A stretch of DNA of 64,000 nt, taken from positions 68,206 through 132,205 of the forward strand of contig JAHLMP010000001.1 of assembly GCA_018920315.1 (NCBI GenBank). The letters run 5' to 3'. How positions within the stretch are numbered: position 1 is the stretch's first letter; the number at the start of each line of letters is the position of its first letter. The notes beneath the pieces are model-generated. The model was not told where the DNA came from. It worked only from the letters and a program-made list of their open reading frames with translations, and made no database searches. The translations under genes and the position numbers were made by a program. The stretch is from Candidatus Aenigmatarchaeota archaeon. Its GTDB lineage: Archaea; Aenigmatarchaeota; Aenigmatarchaeia; GW2011-AR5; JAHLMP01. This document shows, piece after piece, positions 31,518 through 39,983 of the stretch.

Positions 31518-32533
31518 TTCTTCTTCAACCTACTTTCTTCTTTTTTAGATTTTTGATTCAATATCTTTCTAATTATCAAAAAGATTATAACTATCGCGAA
31601 TAAAATGTAAATTGCTGCAAAAGGATCTTTTGCAAATAATGTGAAAAGCCCAGTAAGCCAACCTTCTTTAGCTTCTTCCTTTATTGTAGTTGTTGTCTCA
31701 TTTTTTATAATCTCTATTGTAGTTGTTTCTTCTGGCAATGTAGTTGTAATTGCTTCCTTTTCTTCAACAATCAGATTTATCTTTTCTGTTATATTATTAC
31801 TCTTAGCAAAAATATAATATTCTCCTTTTTCCTTTGGAACTATTTCAATAATTGCTGTTTTTTTATCACCTTCTTTCAAAGATTTTATTGTTGTACTTTT
31901 AATCTCCCAAGGAGTTTGCAAATCTATTGATATATCTACTGGAGGACATGTTGCTTTTATTATTGAAACGTTTATAGCAATTTTCAAACTTTCATTTACA
32001 TATCCCTTAATACTCTCAGGAACATATATCTCGTAAGAAAGTTCGCATTTAGGAGTAAAGTAGCTTGGCCCTGTATAATAAGATGTTCCACCACCTCCTC
32101 CACTTGGAGTTGTCCTCTCTGAGCAAACTCCATTTTTACAATATCCTGAAATACAGGCTACATCATAATAGCATCTTTCTCCATTTTGTAATCTATTAAT
32201 GCTTATATTCAATTCCCTACTTCCTCCTTCTCTTATTTCTTGGGAACCTTCATTAATATCTAAGCCTGCAACCTTTATTATTACATAACCTTCGCTACTA
32301 ATATCCAAAACATAATAAGTTTTTCCATCTTGAATGATTGTTGTTCTATTTGCAAGAAGATTTCCAGAGCTATCATAAGCTTCTACAACAACGCCCTGAG
32401 GAGCATAGCTATTATCTATTTTTACTGTTCCCCAAAATGATATTAATGTTGCTTGAGCAATATGAGAAAATATTATGAATGCTAAAGCTAATTGAATTAA
32501 TGTTGAACTTCTAACAAAAATTTCTTCTTTCAT
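31514..32533 (-). CDS. secreted protein with Cys knot-like motif, Gly run, Thr-rich stalk and C-terminal anchor
   Basis: A signal peptide, CYYDVACISGYCKNGVC, GGGGGTS, TTTLPEETTTIEIIKNETTTTIKE, then GWLTGLFTLFAKD + TM + a Lys-rich tail. Confidence 0.6.
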   Translation of the reverse strand: MKEEIFVRSSTLIQLALAFIIFSHIAQATLISFWGTVKIDNSYAPQGVVVEAYDSSGNLLANRTTIIQDGKTYYVLDISSEGYVIIKVAGLDINEGSQEIREGGSRELNISINRLQNGERCYYDVACISGYCKNGVCSERTTPSGGGGGTSYYTGPSYFTPKCELSYEIYVPESIKGYVNESLKIAINVSIIKATCPPVDISIDLQTPWEIKSTTIKSLKEGDKKTAIIEIVPKEKGEYYIFAKSNNITEKINLIVEEKEAITTTLPEETTTIEIIKNETTTTIKEEAKEGWLTGLFTLFAKDPFAAIYILFAIVIIFLIIRKILNQKSKKEESRLKKK

Positions 32534-32566
32534 TTTAAACCCCCTTATTTTAAAGTATTATGCAGA

Positions 32567-35278
32567 TCATTTCATTTTTATATAATATGGCCAATCTCCA
32601 TTATCGCTAAATTCTTTTAATGTGTTTAAGAAGTCTGGCCTGCTTGGATCATAAGACAACCATGAAGTTCCATTGTAATGGAATACAGCTTCGTATTGTC
32701 CTTGTATTGAGCTTAAAACATAAGGTATAGTGAAGTTTGTAAATCCTGCATCAACCAAAACTCTTCTTGGAAGGAAGAAGTAGTACCACTTATTTACAAA
32801 CGTTGGAATTAATGTCGTTGGATAGACGTTTATAAATGGATAGCCATCCTGATATGCTACAAGCTCTACTGTGTATGTGGCTGAAGTTATATTGCTCCTA
32901 TAGCCGATACAATCTTCTGAATATGCCTTAAATGTTATGTTAACTTTTGTATTATTACAAAGGTTGCAGCTATCAATATAATCGCATAAGTTTAATGTTA
33001 TAGGAGAGTTGCAATTTCTTTCTAACCAATCACTACACCAACTTGAGTTGCAAACCTGATAGTAACATTTAACAATACAATGATCTCTATCCTCAATATT
33101 AATAGTAAAGTTGGTTACAGTTTTTGTAACATTGAAAGGCGTTATTATTCTTGTTATAGGAGGAGTATTATCTAAATAATGTATCTGATACTTTATCTCT
33201 TCTTTATTGCCAAGATTATCTATGCTATAATATTCTATTCTCACATAACCATCTGGAATTCCAACAATATTGAAAGAAGTTGTATAGACATTCCAAACTC
33301 CAGAACAACTTTCATTGCCTGAGCAATATCTATAATAAGTTTTGTTTAATCCGCTGCTTGAATCAGAAGCACTTAATGTAATTGGTGTTGATGAGTTTAT
33401 AGTTTCGCAATTTATACCACAAGTTTGAGCAGAGCATTTTGGATCACCAACAATTTTTGTTGTTGTAGGTGGAGTATTATCTACTGTTACATTTTGACAT
33501 TTTTCTTGCTCTTCGTTTCCTAATTTATCTATTGCCTTGAAGCAAATTCTATGCTCTCCTTCTTGCAAAATCGTAAACTCACAACAATATTCTTGCCAGC
33601 TACCATTATCTATCCTATATAATATCTTGTCAATACCAACGCCTCCCATGCAACCTTTATCTACAGCGCTCAATCTTATCCTTGTTGAGCTATTGATATA
33701 ATCTTTTCCACAAGATGAATAGAAAGGTGTTCCATAAGTCTTATTTGATTCAGGAGCTTCACTATCTACACGATACTTTTGCTCATGCACTTTCTCGCTA
33801 TTTCCAGCAGCATCTACGCAATAATATTGTAGAGTATGATTAGAATCCTCTGTAAAATTAAACTCTACGACACAAGTATTATTATTTTCGCATGTTTTAC
33901 TAAACTTATTCCAATCTCCATTATCTACTTGATATGCCCAATACAAAGTAACATTTGGAAAGTTATCTACGCATGTTAAAGTAATCTTAGTTCTTTGTGA
34001 TATCCATGTAAAGCCGCTTCCTTCAATTTTTGGATTTCCTACAACCTTTGTTGTATTAGGCGCTACTCTATCGCATCTTGGATCATTATAATATATTGTT
34101 GGCTTACAAGGAGCATTTTGCCCTTCTGTTCTAACATCGCAAGAGCAATTTGATAAACAAACTCCATGATCAGGATAATCATAATAAGTTGAGCCATCAC
34201 AATAATCTTGAGGACAAGAGCAATCGCTATCAACTTCGCACTCCGCATTACATTTTTGCTTAGAACAAGTATGTGTTATATTCAAAACTCCTTCGGTGCA
34301 ACGCTTGTTAACTTCATCGCAAGTTGATATAAATCCTGCGAAAAAGTCCCAGGTAAATGGATTGTTATCAGGATCGTTAGTGCAAGTGTCTATTCTTGAC
34401 AAATTATTTGCGCTACAATCTCTTGGAGCTCCTCTACAAACTCCTGCCTGACAAGAATCATTTACTGTACACCATAAGCTATCGTCGCAAGTAGTACCAT
34501 CTGGCTTATTTCTTGTAGCGCCTGTATCAATCCATCTGGTATCTGTAACGTTATAATTGCAATAATCATCACTTGGTTCATAATCTCTATACTCTTGATA
34601 CATTTGCTCTTTTTCTTTACATTCATTTACAGTATCGTTTACCCATCTCTTCTCGGTAGTATTATACCATCCATCTAAATGATCACAATTATATTTCAAC
34701 TCCAGCTTTATAAGATCATGATAGCTATAACCTCCTCCACCATAATCATGAGCCTGAAACTGAATCTTGGAATGGTTTATCTGATCATTAGTATTTAAAA
34801 TATTTGTTAAATCTATTATCTCCATTTTGTCAACATTCGTATTTGTAGTATTCAGATCATATATCTCCCAAGCATTTCTATTTTTATTCCAAATTTTTAA
34901 TCTTGCTTTTAGAATATTGTTACAATCGTCCTGTTTCCATTCAAAATATAGCTTTACGCTTTCTATTGTAATATTTGAAGGAACATCAGGAGAAAAATGA
35001 AATTCTAGATAAATGGAATCGTTATATTCGTGACGATACCACCTTTGAATAGATTTATAATATATGTCATCGCTAATTCTTACGTTCTGCAAATCTGTGG
35101 GAGTTAAAATATAAATAGATACGTTGCTTGTATCTATTCCGCTTGTAGGATAAAATTCTTTAGTTGCGCTTGCTGAAAAACCTAATTGAATTAGAGAGAT
35201 TAAAATTAAATATAGCATGAAAACTTTACTTATTCTAATCCATCCGAATTTTTCTTTTTTATCAAATCTTCCGATCAT
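32567..35278 (-). CDS. 903-aa Cys-rich secreted surface protein with tandem Ig-like modules
   Basis: A signal peptide, very many Cys and N-x-S/T sequons, and the module DGTTCDDSLWCTVNDSCQAGVCRG. There are four ~100-aa repeats delimited by D(N/S)(T/E)(P/A)P...(G/T)(N/D/T)P with ...D..GN.E... ends. Confidence 0.7.
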   Translation of the reverse strand: MIGRFDKKEKFGWIRISKVFMLYLILISLIQLGFSASATKEFYPTSGIDTSNVSIYILTPTDLQNVRISDDIYYKSIQRWYRHEYNDSIYLEFHFSPDVPSNITIESVKLYFEWKQDDCNNILKARLKIWNKNRNAWEIYDLNTTNTNVDKMEIIDLTNILNTNDQINHSKIQFQAHDYGGGGYSYHDLIKLELKYNCDHLDGWYNTTEKRWVNDTVNECKEKEQMYQEYRDYEPSDDYCNYNVTDTRWIDTGATRNKPDGTTCDDSLWCTVNDSCQAGVCRGAPRDCSANNLSRIDTCTNDPDNNPFTWDFFAGFISTCDEVNKRCTEGVLNITHTCSKQKCNAECEVDSDCSCPQDYCDGSTYYDYPDHGVCLSNCSCDVRTEGQNAPCKPTIYYNDPRCDRVAPNTTKVVGNPKIEGSGFTWISQRTKITLTCVDNFPNVTLYWAYQVDNGDWNKFSKTCENNNTCVVEFNFTEDSNHTLQYYCVDAAGNSEKVHEQKYRVDSEAPESNKTYGTPFYSSCGKDYINSSTRIRLSAVDKGCMGGVGIDKILYRIDNGSWQEYCCEFTILQEGEHRICFKAIDKLGNEEQEKCQNVTVDNTPPTTTKIVGDPKCSAQTCGINCETINSSTPITLSASDSSSGLNKTYYRYCSGNESCSGVWNVYTTSFNIVGIPDGYVRIEYYSIDNLGNKEEIKYQIHYLDNTPPITRIITPFNVTKTVTNFTINIEDRDHCIVKCYYQVCNSSWCSDWLERNCNSPITLNLCDYIDSCNLCNNTKVNITFKAYSEDCIGYRSNITSATYTVELVAYQDGYPFINVYPTTLIPTFVNKWYYFFLPRRVLVDAGFTNFTIPYVLSSIQGQYEAVFHYNGTSWLSYDPSRPDFLNTLKEFSDNGDWPYYIKMK

Positions 35279-35471
35279 TTATCAATCACTCTTTACTACT
35301 TGCTAATAACTTAAAAAATAATCTTTAAATTATTATTTGCAAATACAAACGAATTACAAAGTGTATACAAGTTTTTCTTGAGTTTAACGCAATTTTTATT
35401 TAATTTTTTTGCTGTTCTCAATAGCATCAAAATTTTATCTTTCATAACATCACATTTACAAAAATTTTATT

Positions 35472-38400
35472 TCATCGACCTTTTCGAATTGCTTTTCTAA
35501 ATTCAACTTTTTTGTTCGATGATCCATTGTTATTAAAATTATCTCCATTCTTCTTTTTCCATTCCTCATACTTCTTGTAAGCATTCTCTATAGTTTTCTT
35601 TGTTTTCAAATGATCGAAAGTATAGAATCCTGTAACCGAAATAAAAATTATGGAGATGATAAATATAGTTAACAAAATTTTATCTGATCTGAATAATGTA
35701 ATCATTCCAGTAATTAGCGTTCCTTTCTCTTCTTTACTAATTGGTGTTTCCATTACTGAGCTTGTTTCAATTATTTCGCTGATATTCTCCTCTTCAATTG
35801 TTGTACTTTCTTCTATTTCACTCTGATTTTTAGGGTACTCTGGAGTATAAATTGTTGTTGTAATCTTTTCATTTACTTTTAAGCTTATCTTTTTAGAGCA
35901 AAGTAAAGATGACGTATCAAAAGCATCGAATGTAATATTATAATTTCCACTTCTAACACCCTTCAAATTCAAAATAAATGTTGCATTAGCTTGAGATTCT
36001 ATCTTTGATATTTGCGAAGTTATATTATACCAATCTTTGCTTATTCCGCTTAAGCTCGCGCGTACATTATATAAAGCAATATTTCCAACATTTCTTACGT
36101 TTATTTCTATCATTTTGTTATCTCCTTCATCTAAAACAATTGAGCTTGGAGCGTAGCATTCTAATCTTTTGAAAGATGATGAAGATGTTGTAGTCACTAT
36201 AGTCGATGTAGTTGTAGTATTCTGACAAGGAGCGCAAGGACCGCCGCAATCTATTCCTTCCTCTCCTTGATTTCTAATGCCATCGTTGCAAGTTTCTATT
36301 TCAATTGCTCCAGAGTGCATTAATCCAGAAATTATATAATAATTATTTTGAATTATGCAAGAGTATCTTGCTCCATTACTTGCATTATAGATGCTTCCAT
36401 CGCATTTTATCAAAAACTCGTTGCTAGAATTACAATTTCCGCTTATTTCGCTAATACTACTGATTTCAGAATCTTTTATGCAAACATGATTTGCATTAAG
36501 CTTTCTATCAACCCAGATCGTTTTAGTTTGATTTAAAAGTAAAGAAGAATTTAAGCCATAAATTACTAAAGATCCTCTACTAGAGTTTTCATTTTTCTTT
36601 ATTACTATGTTACTCAAATTTAGATTTCTCGTGCTGAAATTGAAATAAAACTTTACAAGAGTATTATTATTAGAATCTTTCAAAACTATATCTTTTACAT
36701 TTTCGAATTTTCTCGACAAATTTGAAGAGTTATCTATATTTATTATCAAAGTTCTTTCATTTCCATTAACAAAAAGTTTAATTCCTTCGTATAAAACTAA
36801 TCCATTCTCTCTTATTCTTGTTTCATTGCCATCTACCCAAGTCTCATTAGTTACATTATATTTACATCCTTCCAAAGAGCAATAGTGTGTGCGATACTCT
36901 TTTTTTATTTCTTTTCTTTGAGTTTTATAATCGATATCTACCCATCTAGTTTCATTTGTTTCATACCAACCATCAAAAGAACTACAACTTATATTCTCAT
37001 AGATACATGAGCAATTATTACAAATGCCTTTAATAAATATATCTCCCTCACATCTCGATACGCAATCTTCATTGCAGCTACATTCTCCTTCTACTCTAAT
37101 TCCTCTACAAACTCCTGCTTGGCAAGTATCATTTACTGTGCACCATAAGCTATCATCGCAATCAATACCATCTTCTTTATTAATTATGTTACTTGTTTCA
37201 ATTGTTTCTCTTTCCAGAACTTCATAAATACATCCATTTAAAGAGCATCTATATTCTCTTCTTTCCTTTACAACAATCTCTCTTTTTTTACATTGATCTA
37301 TATCAACCCATTCACTCAAATTATATATTCCATTCAAAGGTGAGCAATAAGAATGATTCAACTCATGCATACATTCTGCGTTTTCTACATTACAATAATC
37401 TATAGTACATTCTATGTTATCATCACAACTTTTTTGATAACAAGCACAACCTTGAGAATCTACAACCTCGCCTAGTGTAGTATTCAAGCAATTATCCATT
37501 CTATCTTTCACTCCATCTCTATCGCTATCATCTATTACCCATTCCAATGCTCTTGTGAACATTTCTTTCGCTGCATCTGTCCAATACAAAGGATAATTAA
37601 CTCCGAAGAACACTATTCTTTCTTTATTTTTATTTCCATTTGAAAGCGTTGTATTTGCTTCTGCATAAGCAATTATTATTGTTGAACTACTTGTGCTATA
37701 TGTCGCTAAACTATTCAAATTCGTTTTATATCTATCTATGAAAGTTATTGGATATCCAGAAGAGAAATGAACATCTATTGTGCCATTATACCCTTGAGTT
37801 ATTGGATGCGAAGAGTTTGTTATTGTAATGCTATGTATTCCACTTGATGTTACCTTTCCAATACCACCGCTTGAGATCCACCCCCAATCATAAAGATAAC
37901 CACATCCAACGACAATAGTAGGATAATTATTTACAGGAATGTTAGCAGCAAAAGCCCCGAGATTATCGTTAGATAAGCATTCTCTAGCAAGTATTACAAT
38001 TGCATCAAAATTTGAGAAATCTATTAAGCTATCTACAAGAGTAATATGATAGCCAAGTGCATTCAACCTTTCTATTATTGGCTTTTCATGATAATCGCTA
38101 ATTCTACTTGCATTCTTTACAACAACAGCGATATTTGCATTACCATAAGCAAATGAAATATTAGCAAAGAATATCAAAGATAAAAAGAAGATTAAAAATA
38201 TTGCATTTTTCTTCATCCATTTCTTTATCATCTTCTTTCCTAATGGCTCTTTTCTTCTATTCCAAATTATGAAGATAGCTATCGCAACTATAGCAACAAG
38301 AGCAATAGCTCCATATCTTGCAATTGCTACAATCATTCCACTTGGAGCATTGCCCTCTTTAATTGTAGTTGTTGTAAAGTTAGCGCTTTGGTTAGCGATA

Positions 38401-39803
38401 ATTATAATATCAGAAGCAAGAGCAAGATTTGGCTCGCTTTTTTCCAATGGTGAAAAAATGAAAACAATGGAACTCTCGTAATTTCCACCAGCACTTATAG
38501 GAATTGTGAAATTTACAATCTTTTTCTCATCAACTCCAAGCTCAAATTCTCTCTCGCTCAATTTTATCTTATCATAGAAATCTCCCATTAATTGAGTTTT
38601 CACTTTAATAGAATAGTTATTAACATTTGAAACTTCGATCCAGCTGCTAAGATTGCAAGGTGCTTCGCAACGTAAAATCATTCTAGGTGGCCTTATAGAG
38701 CCAATTAAAGGTTCTTCTGTCACGTTTTCAAAAGAACTATTACTTTGCGTGTTATTTGAAATTGTAGTTGAGATTGTGGTTGTTGAAGTAGAGGATTGTG
38801 AAGAGCTTCCGGCAGAGCTTCCTCCTGAGCCTCCGCCATAAGAGCTTGATATTGTCGTTGTACTTGTTGATGTTGTAGTGGTAGTTGTTTGCAATGTTGT
38901 AGTTGATAAATTTTGTATTAATGTTGTAGTTGTTGAGGTTGTGGATGTCGTAGTATTATTTCCTTGTGTTGTATTGTTTTGTTGAATTGTAGTTGTAGTA
39001 GTTGTTGGTATTGTTGTAGTTGTTTGTATTGTGGTTGTTGTAGTTGTTGTTACATTATAACTTCCTATAAAAATTACCCAGGTATCGCTAACATTTTCAT
39101 ATTTTCCATCAGTAGCTTTAACTCTCCAATACCAAGTGCCATCTCTTAATGTTATACTTTTCTCTCTTTTCAAAGTCCATCCATAAGTTAATGGAGATGA
39201 AAAGTCCTGAGAATCATCTACTTCATAATAATAAGCTAAAATGCTACTATCTTCATCGCTTGCGCTACTCCATTCCAAAGTTATAGTGGTTTCACTCGCA
39301 TTTATGAAAGTTTTATTAGCAGGAGAAATTAAACTTGGCTTGCTTGGTGCTTTATTATTATTTGTTACGCTAGTTCCATTTGCATAAACTATAATTTCAG
39401 AGCCAACTCCAACAGAGATTTCGTTCTCTGCGCTAAATGTTGCTCCTATGCTCATAGAATAATTTCCTGGTATCCAGATAAATATAGTAAACTTCACTTC
39501 TCTCTCTTGATTAGGATAAAGCGTAAAGAATGTTGCATCAGTATCTATATTTCCACTTGTTGATATGCTAACATTTACAGGAATGTCATTAACATTACTA
39601 ACAAAAACAGAGCCGTTGATTAGATTTATTGTATTGTTTGTTATGTTAGGATAAAGGATCATTCTTGCGGGCCTTATTGAGCCTGTAAGGGCAAAAGCGT
39701 TAGTAGAGAGCATTAGAATTATAGAAAAAATTAATAATGATGATTCTAAAAAATCTTTTATATTTATATTTTTGTTATTTTTCATTTCGGCCAAATTTTT
39801 CAT
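35472..39803 (-). CDS. 1443-aa giant surface protein (apparent in-frame fusion of two anchored secreted proteins)
   Basis: An N-terminal signal, two PapD/CARDB-like beta-sandwich units and an FN3-like unit (PSKPSLISPANK...WYWRVKATDGKY). A ~110-aa Thr/Ser-rich linker is followed by TM + basic loop + a second signal-like helix at aa ~490-545. After that come a TSP3-like DSDRDGVKDRMDNC, Cys-rich modules, and a C-terminal anchor. Confidence 0.75.
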   Translation of the reverse strand: MKNLAEMKNNKNINIKDFLESSLLIFSIILMLSTNAFALTGSIRPARMILYPNITNNTINLINGSVFVSNVNDIPVNVSISTSGNIDTDATFFTLYPNQEREVKFTIFIWIPGNYSMSIGATFSAENEISVGVGSEIIVYANGTSVTNNNKAPSKPSLISPANKTFINASETTITLEWSSASDEDSSILAYYYEVDDSQDFSSPLTYGWTLKREKSITLRDGTWYWRVKATDGKYENVSDTWVIFIGSYNVTTTTTTTIQTTTTIPTTTTTTIQQNNTTQGNNTTTSTTSTTTTLIQNLSTTTLQTTTTTTSTSTTTISSSYGGGSGGSSAGSSSQSSTSTTTISTTISNNTQSNSSFENVTEEPLIGSIRPPRMILRCEAPCNLSSWIEVSNVNNYSIKVKTQLMGDFYDKIKLSEREFELGVDEKKIVNFTIPISAGGNYESSIVFIFSPLEKSEPNLALASDIIIIANQSANFTTTTIKEGNAPSGMIVAIARYGAIALVAIVAIAIFIIWNRRKEPLGKKMIKKWMKKNAIFLIFFLSLIFFANISFAYGNANIAVVVKNASRISDYHEKPIIERLNALGYHITLVDSLIDFSNFDAIVILARECLSNDNLGAFAANIPVNNYPTIVVGCGYLYDWGWISSGGIGKVTSSGIHSITITNSSHPITQGYNGTIDVHFSSGYPITFIDRYKTNLNSLATYSTSSSTIIIAYAEANTTLSNGNKNKERIVFFGVNYPLYWTDAAKEMFTRALEWVIDDSDRDGVKDRMDNCLNTTLGEVVDSQGCACYQKSCDDNIECTIDYCNVENAECMHELNHSYCSPLNGIYNLSEWVDIDQCKKREIVVKERREYRCSLNGCIYEVLERETIETSNIINKEDGIDCDDSLWCTVNDTCQAGVCRGIRVEGECSCNEDCVSRCEGDIFIKGICNNCSCIYENISCSSFDGWYETNETRWVDIDYKTQRKEIKKEYRTHYCSLEGCKYNVTNETWVDGNETRIRENGLVLYEGIKLFVNGNERTLIINIDNSSNLSRKFENVKDIVLKDSNNNTLVKFYFNFSTRNLNLSNIVIKKNENSSRGSLVIYGLNSSLLLNQTKTIWVDRKLNANHVCIKDSEISSISEISGNCNSSNEFLIKCDGSIYNASNGARYSCIIQNNYYIISGLMHSGAIEIETCNDGIRNQGEEGIDCGGPCAPCQNTTTTSTIVTTTSSSSFKRLECYAPSSIVLDEGDNKMIEINVRNVGNIALYNVRASLSGISKDWYNITSQISKIESQANATFILNLKGVRSGNYNITFDAFDTSSLLCSKKISLKVNEKITTTIYTPEYPKNQSEIEESTTIEEENISEIIETSSVMETPISKEEKGTLITGMITLFRSDKILLTIFIISIIFISVTGFYTFDHLKTKKTIENAYKKYEEWKKKNGDNFNNNGSSNKKVEFRKAIRKGR

Positions 39804-39983
39804 CTCAATAGCGCCCCTATAATAGGTATTATCCTTAAGTGATTACTAAATTCCATGTATCTATTATTCAGTAGCAAGATTTAAAATATTATTTTGTAGT
39901 GCAAAAGGGTTGCAAAGGTAATATGAGAAAAAATGGAATGAAATTGGAGAAATTGAAAAAGAAAACAAAATAAAAAAATATAT

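Noticed and set aside
38840-39060. Apparent nucleotide microsatellite (runs of tgttgt/agttgt), also at 46310-46430
   Set aside because: These runs are the reverse complement of ACN-rich codon stretches encoding the Thr/Ser-rich linkers of the 1443-aa and ~400-aa proteins. They are in frame and part of long ORFs, so they are not independent repeat elements.
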